DNA from: Phycisphaerae bacterium
GTDB lineage: Bacteria; Planctomycetota; Phycisphaerae; SM23-33
Reading direction: 5' to 3'
Assembly: GCA_021108335.1 (NCBI GenBank)
Contig: JAIORC010000021.1
Location: forward strand, 1-22,240
Length of the DNA stretch: 22,240 nt
Part shown: positions 8,701 to 17,004 of the stretch, piece by piece
Numbering within the stretch: position 1 is the stretch's first letter
Layout: each line of letters begins with the position of its first letter
The notes under the pieces: generated by a model
Database searches by the model: none
What the model was told of the DNA's origin: nothing
What the model saw: the letters and a program-made list of their open reading frames with translations, nothing else
Position numbers and translations under genes: made by a program

Positions 8701-9969
8701 CTACTCCGGGGCTTTTATGGCGATGGCGGTTATGTCGTCTTTTTGTCCGCCGGGTGCGAAGTGTGTAACGGCTTGGCGGAGGTGGGAGATTATTTCCTGG
8801 GCTGATTGGCTGCGGTGCTTGCGGAGCATGGCGTTCATTCGTTCGATGCCGAACTCTTCACCGTCGGCGTTGGCGGCTTCGAATATGCCGTCCGTGGTTA
8901 TCACGGCGAAGTCGCCGGGGTCGAAGTCGAACGTGCATGTTTCCGTGAAGTCGGCGTCGGGCAATATGCCCAGCGGCACGGCTGTGGAGGAAACTTCGTC
9001 GAGCCTGTCTTCGCTTTGCTTATAGAACATCAGCGGGCCATGGCCGGCAGAGGCGTAGGTGAGCTTGCGGGCTTCGGGGTCCAGAATGCCCAGGAAGCAT
9101 GTAACGAAGCTGTCGTCGGGCAGGTCTTCGACCAGCAGGTGGTTAGCGGTTTCCATGATGTGGGATACCGAACGCGAATCGGCTGTGGACAGGTGTGCGC
9201 TGGCCCGGAGCATCGCGCGGGTCTCGGCGATTACCAAGGCAGGCCCAATGCCGTGGCCGGTCGCGTCGGCTACCACGAACGCCCAATGGCCGTTGGGCAG
9301 GGGGATAAAGTCGAACGTATCGCCACCGGTTTCGTCGGCAGGGTCGGAAAGCCCGGCGATGTCGAAGCCCTCGATTTCCGGCGGTTTTTCCGGCAGCAGG
9401 CCCCGCTGGATGTTCCGGGCAATCTCCATCGCCCGCTCCATTTCCTGCTTCTCCATGAAATGCTGAATAAGGTGCGCCCGCTGGATGACGACCCCAGCCT
9501 GCGCGCCGAGCGTTTCGGCGAGATTTATGTCGTAGTCCCGGAAGGCTCCGGACTTTTTGTTGAGCACCTGCAAAACGCCGACCAGCCCGCCGGAGTAATC
9601 CCGCAGGGGCACGGACATGATGTTCCGCGTACGAAAGCCGGTGTCCTTATCGACCTGCGGATTGAATCGCTCGTCGGCATAGGCGTCGGGCACGACGATA
9701 GTCTTACCGGTCTGGACGGTCTGCCCGCAGATGCCCTTATCGGCGGGCACGCGCAGGTCGTCCATGCCGGTGGCTATCCGGGCGACCAACTGGTTTTGCG
9801 ACTTGTCGTAGAGAAACAGCGTAGCCCGCTCGACCCGCAGCAGTTCGAGCGCGTGTTTGATAATCAGGCTCAGCAATTCGTCGAGATCGTCCGCGGCTAC
9901 CATCGCGCGGGAAATCGCCAGCAGGCTGGTGAGGTCTTTCATCGCGTTGTCATTGGCTTTGTCGGTCAT
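8701..9969 (-). CDS. GAF-domain-containing PP2C-type (SpoIIE/RsbU-like) serine phosphatase.
   Basis: The N-terminal GAF-like region (LDELLSLIIKHALELLRVERATLFLYD) is followed by the PP2C/SpoIIE signature GGDTFDFIPLPNGHWAFVVADATGHGIGPAL and the C-terminal TTDGIFEA block. The preferred start is ATG at 9969 with gagga 5 nt upstream. The longer TTG-initiated ORF to 10026 is less likely. Confidence 0.8.
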   Translation of the reverse strand: MTDKANDNAMKDLTSLLAISRAMVAADDLDELLSLIIKHALELLRVERATLFLYDKSQNQLVARIATGMDDLRVPADKGICGQTVQTGKTIVVPDAYADERFNPQVDKDTGFRTRNIMSVPLRDYSGGLVGVLQVLNKKSGAFRDYDINLAETLGAQAGVVIQRAHLIQHFMEKQEMERAMEIARNIQRGLLPEKPPEIEGFDIAGLSDPADETGGDTFDFIPLPNGHWAFVVADATGHGIGPALVIAETRAMLRASAHLSTADSRSVSHIMETANHLLVEDLPDDSFVTCFLGILDPEARKLTYASAGHGPLMFYKQSEDRLDEVSSTAVPLGILPDADFTETCTFDFDPGDFAVITTDGIFEAANADGEEFGIERMNAMLRKHRSQSAQEIISHLRQAVTHFAPGGQKDDITAIAIKAPE

Positions 9970-10125
9970 GGTGTCCTCGCCGTTGAGTATATTACGTTTG
10001 GCGTCGAGTTGCCAAGAAACATCCAATATTAAAGCATTAAAGTTTTGTGACTTTTTGAGACGATAAAGTTCATTGGTACGGATACCCTGGGGATCAATAT
10101 CGTGGTCTGAAGTAGTGGAGTAAGC

Positions 10126-10596
10126 ATGACCAAGCGAGAATTGATCGACGAAATAATGGAGTTAAATCATTCGGCGGATCCAGGGTTCCTGGCTCGGTTC
10201 GACGATATTGAACTGAATAACTATCTGGATCATCTATCTTTGTTGCAGGCTCCCCGGCTTGAGGGCGATCCGCACAGGTACGATAAATATTTCCAGGCCG
10301 AGCCGGCGGATTCGCCGTGTGCGGTAGCCGTGGCTGAGCTTCCGTGTCAAAGCGACGCGGCGATAGCGGCTGATCTGGCGACGTGGCGGGATGAAACTCC
10401 GGCAGTCCCGGCAACCCCACGCAGCCTCAGCGAAGAATGGCAGATGCGGGTGGATCGCTTCGCGGATCACCTCAAGACCCAGCCGGATGAAGTCCACACG
10501 CCGGAACTGGTACAGACCTCTGTCAAAGAATCCGCGACGTGTGTATCCAGCCGGCTGGACGAAGGCCGGGATGAAAGAGAAGGCTGGCTGTTCTAA
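10126..10596 (+). CDS. Hypothetical acidic protein of 156 aa, no family recognised.
   Basis: ATG at 10126 has ggag 7 nt upstream. It lies divergently to the phosphatase gene. Composition is acidic (D/E-rich) and there is no TM segment. Codon usage matches its neighbours. No motif support. Confidence 0.45.
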   Translation: MTKRELIDEIMELNHSADPGFLARFDDIELNNYLDHLSLLQAPRLEGDPHRYDKYFQAEPADSPCAVAVAELPCQSDAAIAADLATWRDETPAVPATPRSLSEEWQMRVDRFADHLKTQPDEVHTPELVQTSVKESATCVSSRLDEGRDEREGWLF

Positions 10597-10604
10597 GCAA
10601 CAGT

Positions 10605-10672
10605 ATCGTGGCTGTCGCTAACGCTCCCGCCACGGCACCCGCTGAGCGGTAGCAACAGCCACGATGTTTGCC
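10605..10672 (+). repeat. REP-like core copy B (10606-10640), embedded in a larger hairpin formed with a partial inverted copy, acagccacgatgtttg.
   Basis: tcgtggctgtcgctaacgctcccgccacggcaccc matches the consensus. atcgtggctgt at 10605-10615 pairs with acagccacgat at 10655-10665 as an 11-bp stem. It sits between the 156-aa ORF stop (10596) and the ankyrin gene stop (10759). Confidence 0.6.
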
Positions 10673-10758
10673 AAGCCGCCCGCCAACTACCGCGGATATG
10701 CCCCGCGCTGGCCATCGCCGTCATCGCCACCGCAGCCAACCGCCGGCTCTCAAAAATC

Positions 10759-13707
10759 TCAGTGCGTGGCCCCCGCCTTTTTGAGCAGCTTGACGATTTT
10801 CGGGCTGCCACCGCCATAACACGATTTTGCCGCCATTAACGCCGTTCTGCCACTTTTGGTCTTGGCATTTACATCGGCACCTTTGTCCAGCAGTAGTGTG
10901 ACTATTTTCATATTGCCATACCGCGATGCTGCCGCCATTAAGGCTGTACTGCCGTTTTTGTCTTTGGCGTTTACGTCGGCACCCTTGTTAAGCAACAACT
11001 TTACGGTTTTCGTATCTTTTTTCCGCGATGCCGCCACCATCAAAGCCGTTTTGCCCATTTCGGTTTTGGCGTTTACGTCGATACCCTTGCTCAGCAACAA
11101 ATTTACGACTTCTGTCTTGCCTCTCCGCGATGCCGTTATCAAGGCCGTGCCTTTTTTTGTTTTGGCGTTTATGTCGGCACCCTTGTCCAGCAACAGTTTG
11201 ACGATTTTCGTATTGCCTTTCGACGAAGCTGCCATCAAGACCGTGTAGCCACTTTTTGTTTTGGCGTTTACATCAGCACCCTTGTCAAGTAACAGTTTGA
11301 CGATTTTCGTATTGCCTTTTGACGAAGCTGCCATCAAGATCGTGTAGTCAGTTATTGTTTTGGCGTTTATGTCGGCACCCTTGTCAAGTAACAACTTTAC
11401 GACTCCCGTGTTGTTTTTCCACAATGCCACCATCAAGGGTGTATCGCCGTTTGTGTTTCCGACGTTTACGTCGGCACCCCTGTCCAATAACAACTTTACG
11501 GCTTCCATGTTGCTTTTCCGCGATGCCACCATCAAGGCCGTGTTGCCTTTTATGTCTCTGACGTTTACGTCGGCACCCCTGTCCAACAGCAGCTTGACGG
11601 TTTTTCTATGGTCACTCCGCAATGTCGTTATCAAGGCCGTGCCTTTTTGTGTTTTGGTGTTTACGTCGGCACCCTTGTCCAACAACAACTTTACGATTTT
11701 CGTATTGTTTTTCCGCGATGCCGCCATCAAGGCCGTGTAGCCACTTTTGGTTTTGGCATTCACATCTGCACCCTTGTCCAGCAACAATTTTATGATCTCC
11801 GTATTGCCCCTTCCCGATGCCGTTATCAAGGCCGTGCCCTTTTTCGTTGTGGCGTTTATATCGGCGCCTTTGTCCAGCAACAATTTTATGATTTCCGTAT
11901 TGCCCCTTCCCGATGCCGTTATCAAGGCCGTGCCCTTTTTCGTTGTGGCGTTTATATCGGCACCCTTGTCCAGCAACAATTTTATAATTTCCGTATGGTC
12001 CCCTTCCGATGCCATTATCAAGGCCGTGCCCTTTTTTGTTTTGGCGTTTATGTCGGCACCCTTGTTAAGCAACAACTTTACGACTTCCGTATGGCCTCCC
12101 TCCGCAGCCGCCATCAAGGCCATATTGCCGTTTTTGTCTTTGGCTTTTACATCGGCACCCTTGTCCAGCAGCAGTTTGACGGCCTTCGCATGGCCTCCCC
12201 CCGAAGCCTCTATTAAGGGCGTGGTGCCCCAATCAGTTTTGGCGTTTACATCGGCACCTTTGTCCAACAACAGTTTAACGATCTTCGTATGGCCTTTCAG
12301 CGAAGCCGCCATCAAGGCTGCACTTTTGGCTTTTACGTCGGCACCCTTGTCCAACAGCAGTTTGACGGTCTCTACATGGCCTCCCCCCGAAGCCGCCACC
12401 AAGGCTGTACCGCCCCAGCGAGTTTTGGCTTTTGTATCAACACCTTTGTCCAATAACAGCTTTGCGATTTTCGTATGGCCTCCCCTCGACGCATCCATCA
12501 AGGCCGTATAACCACCCTTGGTTTTAGCATTCACATCGGCGCCCTTGCTCAGCAACATTTTTACGAATTCCGTATTGCCTCCCTCCGAAGCTGCCATCAA
12601 AACCGTGTAGCCATTTTTGGTTTTGGCTTTTATATCGGCACCCTTGCCCAGCAGCAACTTTACGGTTTTAGTATTGCCTCTCAGTAATGCTGCCGCCATC
12701 AGGGCGGTGTAGCCCCCGCCATTTTTGGCGTTCACATCAGCGCCATTGTCCAGCAACAGCTTGACGATCTTCGTACGGCCACGTCGTGATGCCGACCACA
12801 AGGCCGTGTAGCCTTTTTTGTCTCTGGCGTTTACTTTGGCACCTTTGTCCAGCAACAACTTGACGATTTCCGCATTGCCTTTCCGCCATGCCACTATCAT
12901 CAAGGCCGTAGAGCCACTTTTGGTTTTGGTGTTCGCATCCGCGCCATTGTCCAGCAACAGTTTGGCGATCTTCGTACGGCCATCCTGCAATGCTTTTATC
13001 AAGACCATTTCTCCGCGTGGGTATCTGGTGTTCGCATCGGCCCCCTTGTCCAATAACAGTTTAACGATCCTTGTATGGCGTTCCCGCAATGCCTCCGTCA
13101 AGGCCCTACTTCCGAATGTTCCGAATGTGTCGGCGTTTACCTTGGCACCTTTGTCCAGCGACAGTTTGACGACTTCCGTATAGCCTCTCCTGGAAGCCCT
13201 CTCCAAAACTGTTTCGTGTCCGTATATGCTTTTGGCGTTTACGTCTGCACCCTTGTCCAGCAACAGTTTGACGATCTCCGTATTGCCTCGCCGTAATGCT
13301 ATCCACAAGATCGTCTCGTCACCTTTGCGTTTGGTATTTGCATCAGCACCTTTGTCCAGCAATAGCTTGACTGTCTTCGCATGGCCTTGCTGCACAGCTT
13401 CTATCAAGGCCGTACAGCCAGATTTGGATTTGGCTTTTGCGTCGGCACCCTTGTCCAGCAACAGCTTGACAATCTTCGCATGGCCTGTCTGCGACGCATT
13501 CATTAGGGCTGTTCTGCCATTTTCGTCTCTGGCGTTCACATCAAGCCCGGTTTGAAGGAGTTTCTTTACTTTTTCCGCATCTCGAGCCCAGATGGCCTGG
13601 CGAAGTTCTTTGGGGTCGGCTGGCTTGTTTATCCAAATGCCCACGCCGCATGCCAGAATCAGCCCCACGACGACGAGTTTGACGATGTTGCTTTTCATTC
13701 GATTCAT
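10759..13707 (-). CDS. Ankyrin-repeat protein of ~983 aa with about 28 ANK repeats and an N-terminal signal-anchor/TM helix.
   Basis: The ORF is continuous and has 33-residue repeats of the form G-TALM-AS--GH--IVKLLLDKGADVNAKTK-. The N-terminus MNRMKSNIVKLVVVGLILACGVGIW is hydrophobic. The likely start is ATG at 13707 with ggag 6 nt upstream. The longer ORF to 13794 lacks an SD. Confidence 0.85.
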   Translation of the reverse strand: MNRMKSNIVKLVVVGLILACGVGIWINKPADPKELRQAIWARDAEKVKKLLQTGLDVNARDENGRTALMNASQTGHAKIVKLLLDKGADAKAKSKSGCTALIEAVQQGHAKTVKLLLDKGADANTKRKGDETILWIALRRGNTEIVKLLLDKGADVNAKSIYGHETVLERASRRGYTEVVKLSLDKGAKVNADTFGTFGSRALTEALRERHTRIVKLLLDKGADANTRYPRGEMVLIKALQDGRTKIAKLLLDNGADANTKTKSGSTALMIVAWRKGNAEIVKLLLDKGAKVNARDKKGYTALWSASRRGRTKIVKLLLDNGADVNAKNGGGYTALMAAALLRGNTKTVKLLLGKGADIKAKTKNGYTVLMAASEGGNTEFVKMLLSKGADVNAKTKGGYTALMDASRGGHTKIAKLLLDKGVDTKAKTRWGGTALVAASGGGHVETVKLLLDKGADVKAKSAALMAASLKGHTKIVKLLLDKGADVNAKTDWGTTPLIEASGGGHAKAVKLLLDKGADVKAKDKNGNMALMAAAEGGHTEVVKLLLNKGADINAKTKKGTALIMASEGDHTEIIKLLLDKGADINATTKKGTALITASGRGNTEIIKLLLDKGADINATTKKGTALITASGRGNTEIIKLLLDKGADVNAKTKSGYTALMAASRKNNTKIVKLLLDKGADVNTKTQKGTALITTLRSDHRKTVKLLLDRGADVNVRDIKGNTALMVASRKSNMEAVKLLLDRGADVNVGNTNGDTPLMVALWKNNTGVVKLLLDKGADINAKTITDYTILMAASSKGNTKIVKLLLDKGADVNAKTKSGYTVLMAASSKGNTKIVKLLLDKGADINAKTKKGTALITASRRGKTEVVNLLLSKGIDVNAKTEMGKTALMVAASRKKDTKTVKLLLNKGADVNAKDKNGSTALMAAASRYGNMKIVTLLLDKGADVNAKTKSGRTALMAAKSCYGGGSPKIVKLLKKAGATH
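11786..12075. repeat. Three near-identical 96-bp tandem repeats inside the ankyrin CDS.
   Basis: 11786-11881 and 11882-11977 differ at ~3 positions. A third, more diverged unit follows. They encode KKGTALITASGRGNTEIIKLLLDKGADINATT twice verbatim (32-aa units). Confidence 0.75.
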
Positions 13708-13847
13708 AATCAACTCCGTAAAAATCGTGAACGTACCAAAGATGTAGGGCCGGTGATTCTGCCGAGGGCAGGCATGCCCTCGTGGTTCACCCATGCGCAG
13801 GCGGAAACACCCACCCCGTCACCGGAGAATTAACTGCTCTTGTAACA

Positions 13848-13882
13848 TCGTGGCAGAAAGCTTCGCTCCCGCCACGGCACCC
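13848..13882 (+). repeat. REP-like core copy C.
   Basis: tcgtggcagaaagcttcgctcccgccacggcaccc. It lies in the 280-bp spacer between the flotillin stop (14076) and the ankyrin start. Confidence 0.65.
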
Positions 13883-13904
13883 TGTCAAAGTAAATCGCGG
13901 GCCA

Positions 13905-14029
13905 ATTGCGCGGCGGCCAGGGATGGCCGCCGCGCGATATGCGTCTTATGCTGGGCCGGGTGCCATGCTTCTGCTTGCAGAAGCATGCTGTCTCGCATCC
14001 ATCATGGCGACCCCTGCGGTGTCGCCATG
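13905..14029. other. Cluster of three strong stem-loops in non-coding DNA.
   Basis: 13905-13938 has a 15-bp GC-rich stem gcgcggcggcca/tggccgccgcgc with loop ggga. 13964-13987 is catgcttctg-cttg-cagaagcatg. 14003-14029 is catggcgac-ccctgcggt-gtcgccatg followed by ccatgccacccaa. They could be terminator or attenuator structures for the upstream minus-strand flotillin operon, or part of the repeat element. Confidence 0.4.
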
Positions 14030-14075
14030 CCACCCAATTTGTTATTTTGCTTCGCCGGGCGGCATGCCTGGGAAA

Positions 14076-15611
14076 CTATTTTTCGCTGCCCTGATCTTTT
14101 TGGGGTTCCCCGGTTGTTTCGGCTTGTGCGTTTGCTTCCTTGGCGATTTTGCCGAGGAATTCCGGCAGTTCCAGGCCGACCTGTTTTGCCAGTTCGTGCA
14201 TCGGCGGCAAAGCGCCCATTAGACGCTGGCCGAGGTTCTTCATGCCGCCGCCCTCGCCGCCACCGTCCCAGATGAAGACCTTTTCGATCGGCAGATCCTG
14301 GATGGCCTGGGCCTGTATGGACGCGATCTGCTTGAGTTTTTCGACCACCAACAGCGAGGCTGCGCCTTTGGTGTCGCCGGTGGCGTCGATGAGGTGCTGA
14401 TAGCCCTTGGCCTTGCCGTCCAGGATGGCTTGCTCGCCCTGGCCTTCGGCGGTCATTCGGGCGATCTTTGCCTTGGCGTCGCCCTCCGCGATGAGGATTT
14501 TCTGCTCTTTCTCAGCGTCGGCGGCGATGATGACTTTGCCCTTCTCGGCTTCGGCGGGCACGATTACTTCGGCGTTGAGGCGAGCCGCTTCGCGTTGGGC
14601 GCGGGCTTCCTCTGCCTTCTTCTCAGCCATCTGCTCGGCGACGCGGACAGCGCCGGTGGCTTCCCGTGCGGCGGATTCCGACCGCTGGCGGGCGGTCTGC
14701 TCGGCGACTTCCTGGTTGGCGTTATAGGCAGCCTTTTTGGCGTTGGCGACGGTTTCGGCTTCGACGGCTTGGGCTTCCAGGCCGGCTACCTGTTGACGTT
14801 TGTCGCGTTCTGCGGTGGTTTCGCCGATGTCGGCAGTGGCGTTGGCGGCGGCGACTGCTACGCGGGTATCTCGCTGCCGCTCGGCGACGCCGGTTTTACC
14901 GGATTTTTCCTGCTCGGCGACGTCGATATTGGCTTGGTTGATCGCCTCCGCGGCGGCTTTTCGGCCCAGGGCGATGATGTACCCGGACTCGTCCTCGATG
15001 TCGCGAATGTTGACGTTGATGACCTGCAGGCCGATCTTTTCCAGTTCCAGGGAGACGGCTTCGTTGACCTTGCCCATGAACGCCTGGCGGTCGCGGTTGA
15101 TATCCTCGATTTTCATCGTGGCGATGACGGCACGCATTTGGCCGAGGATGATATCCTGTGCCTGTGCCTGTATCTGCACGCGGGAAAGCCCCAGCAGGCG
15201 GACGGCGGCGCTCTGCATGATGCCCGGCCGATTGGAGATGGCTGCGGTAACGGTCGTCGGTACGGTTACGCGGATGTTTTCCTGCGAGAGTGCGTTTGAC
15301 AGGTCAATCGGCACGACGAACGGTTCGAGGTCGAGATATTCGTACGCCTGAAACAGCGGCCATATGAACGCCGCCCCGCCGTGGACGCACTTGGCGGCAC
15401 CGCTGCCGGTCTTGCCGTAAATCACGAGAATTTTATTGGCTGGGCAGCGTTTGTACCGCTTGGCCAGGGTGATGAACAGAACGAGGATAATCACCCCGAT
15501 AATCAACGCCAGTATGAGTGCTACGGGCATTCCAGCCTCTGTTTGTGTTTCAGCGGCTCTGCGGCTGCCGGCTACCGCCAGCGGGAGGGATGACATAAGA
15601 GATTCGATCAT
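14076..15611 (-). CDS. floT: Flotillin-like SPFH/Band-7 protein (FloT/YqiK family), 511 aa.
   Basis: An N-terminal TM helix (PVALILALIIGVIILVLFITLA) is followed by an SPFH domain and a long A/E/Q-rich coiled-coil tail typical of flotillins. ATG at 15611 overlaps the NfeD stop as ATGA. aagga lies 9 nt upstream. Confidence 0.85.
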   Translation of the reverse strand: MIESLMSSLPLAVAGSRRAAETQTEAGMPVALILALIIGVIILVLFITLAKRYKRCPANKILVIYGKTGSGAAKCVHGGAAFIWPLFQAYEYLDLEPFVVPIDLSNALSQENIRVTVPTTVTAAISNRPGIMQSAAVRLLGLSRVQIQAQAQDIILGQMRAVIATMKIEDINRDRQAFMGKVNEAVSLELEKIGLQVINVNIRDIEDESGYIIALGRKAAAEAINQANIDVAEQEKSGKTGVAERQRDTRVAVAAANATADIGETTAERDKRQQVAGLEAQAVEAETVANAKKAAYNANQEVAEQTARQRSESAAREATGAVRVAEQMAEKKAEEARAQREAARLNAEVIVPAEAEKGKVIIAADAEKEQKILIAEGDAKAKIARMTAEGQGEQAILDGKAKGYQHLIDATGDTKGAASLLVVEKLKQIASIQAQAIQDLPIEKVFIWDGGGEGGGMKNLGQRLMGALPPMHELAKQVGLELPEFLGKIAKEANAQAETTGEPQKDQGSEK

Positions 15612-16288
15612 GATTGCGTTTCCTTTGCATTAGAGGTTTTTTGAAAATTTTCGGAAGATTCGGATTTTTCAATGGTTTTAACTTCTATGGTATTTGGGCT
15701 GAGCACTCGCGTAACGGTTATCGGCGTGCCTGCCGGGATTACCGCGTCCGTTGCGCCGCGGGCCTTGAAAACCTGCATCACGCCGCTGACGGTTACGCGT
15801 GCCTCGCCCATGCCGGCGGAGGGGATGTCGATATAGGCAGTGCCTTCGGTGCCCACGCAACTGGCAAGGCTCATGTTGCCGCTTTCGGTCATGCGGCGCA
15901 TCAGGTGGAAAATCATCGCTACGGCAATCATCGCCACCGCGCCCCAGGCGGTTGCCAGCGCGACGGCCCATTGTAATTCTTTGCCGCCTTGGAGGTACAT
16001 CGCCCCCGCCCAGGAAAACAGCGTGCAAAACGCCAGTATCGAGCGAACGCTCAGGAGTTTGAAGGCCGCCACCGAATCGAGGGCGTCGTGGTCGATATCG
16101 TGATCAAAATCGTGATCGATATCTCCGTGGGTGTCGTAGTCGTGCGCGTCGGCGTCGATTTCATCTTCGCCGCCGCCCAGGCCTATCAACGCGGCAATCA
16201 ACTGCCAGACAAAGAAAACGCTGAAAAATGCTGCCGCAACGTAAAACCCCTGATTGATACCGTTCAGGTTATGCCACCATTCCGCCAT
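15608..16288 (-). CDS. NfeD-family membrane protein (YuaF/YqiJ-like) and flotillin operon partner. It contains a His/Asp-rich low-complexity insert.
   Basis: Two N-terminal TM helices are followed by a C-terminal OB-fold-like beta segment (EARVTVSGVMQVFKARGATDAVIPAGTPITVTRV). The gene is translationally coupled to the flotillin gene. Its SD aaggaga lies 6 nt upstream of ATG at 16288. The segment DEIDADAHDYDTHGDIDHDFDHDIDHD is encoded at ~16075-16170. Confidence 0.8.
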   Translation of the reverse strand: MAEWWHNLNGINQGFYVAAAFFSVFFVWQLIAALIGLGGGEDEIDADAHDYDTHGDIDHDFDHDIDHDALDSVAAFKLLSVRSILAFCTLFSWAGAMYLQGGKELQWAVALATAWGAVAMIAVAMIFHLMRRMTESGNMSLASCVGTEGTAYIDIPSAGMGEARVTVSGVMQVFKARGATDAVIPAGTPITVTRVLSPNTIEVKTIEKSESSENFQKTSNAKETQS

Positions 16289-16618
16289 GTCATTCTCCTT
16301 TGTGTCGAATTACATCGGGACTCACTTGTCGGTACAATGTCCGACATTGACGGCTAGGATACTCCACGAGGCAGGCGTTGGCAAGAATCTCTCCGCGGCG
16401 AATGGGATTTTTTGCCCGATTCGGGCGTTTGGCGATATTAAGCGGGAACCGAAAAAAAACATTTTTTTCTTCTTGTTATTTTCTCTAATCGTGCAAATAA
16501 TTAAGAGTCAAGTTTGGGCGGCTGTTATGCCGATTACCGGATTTGTAATGGCGTACTTTTGGATGGCTTGGAGGGCCTCTGGGAAGAGGCAAAAAAGCTG
16601 TCGGAAGGAGGATAGGGA

Positions 16619-16801
16619 ATGCGAGGTTACAGGCCTAGTTATTTCCACGTGCGGAGCGAAGATGTTGTCGACGAGCGCATTCGTGCCAAGCAGGAGAATG
16701 TGCAGCGGTACACAGTTCGTGTCGAGCGGGGCGTACCCCTGTTCGATGTCGGAAGTCAGCAGCAGGGGCCATCGCCAGATAGTCCATTTGCAGGCCGCTG
16801 A
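16619..16801 (+). CDS. Candidate orphan small protein of 60 aa. Uncertain.
   Basis: There is a perfect SD aggagg 7 nt upstream of ATG at 16619, inside a 716-bp gap between divergent genes. I recognise no homology. Codon bias is only moderately gene-like. Confidence 0.2.
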   Translation: MRGYRPSYFHVRSEDVVDERIRAKQENVQRYTVRVERGVPLFDVGSQQQGPSPDSPFAGR

Positions 16802-16927
16802 TTTTCCGTTCGACTGTGTTTGCCGCGATTGGCGATGCCAGCGCTTCTGAATGCAAAAATGCAAGGTAGTTCCCTCCACAGGGGATAAATTGCCCGGCGT
16901 ACCGGCGATTGCGGCGGTTTTCTATAC

Positions 16928-16954
16928 TTATCATGCCGCGGCTTTGGGTATACT
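16928..16954 (+). promoter_or_regulatory. Possible sigma-70-like promoter for ispE.
   Basis: ttatca at 16928-16933 and tatact at 16949-16954 are separated by a 15-nt spacer. It lies ~50 nt upstream of the preferred ispE ATG at 17005. This is pattern-based only. Confidence 0.25.
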
Positions 16955-17004
16955 CTCTACACCGTCCGGGTAAACACTCGGCAAGTAAGGAAATTCCCAT
17001 CGTT

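Noticed and set aside
8806-10032. 408-aa plus-strand ORF antisense to the GAF-PP2C gene.
   Set aside because: Same reasoning. The minus-strand frame has the PP2C GGD...DATGHG signature. The plus-strand frame is low-complexity Gly/Val/Ala.
10856-13555. Series of plus-strand ORFs (up to 254 aa) with repetitive FTSAPLSSNNF...AVIKAV sequence.
   Set aside because: They are the stop-free reverse frames of the ankyrin 96/99-bp repeats. They are periodic because the sense strand is periodic. No independent start or SD signals.
10759-13707. Possible CRISPR array suggested by regularly spaced repeats.
   Set aside because: The periodicity is 96-99 bp with no unique spacers. The whole stretch is one continuous ankyrin-repeat reading frame.
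14394-15351. Overlapping 300-aa, 106-aa and 183-aa plus-strand ORFs antisense to the flotillin gene.
   Set aside because: They are Gly/Ala/Leu-rich and their composition is an artefact of the repetitive A/E/Q-coding flotillin tail on the other strand.
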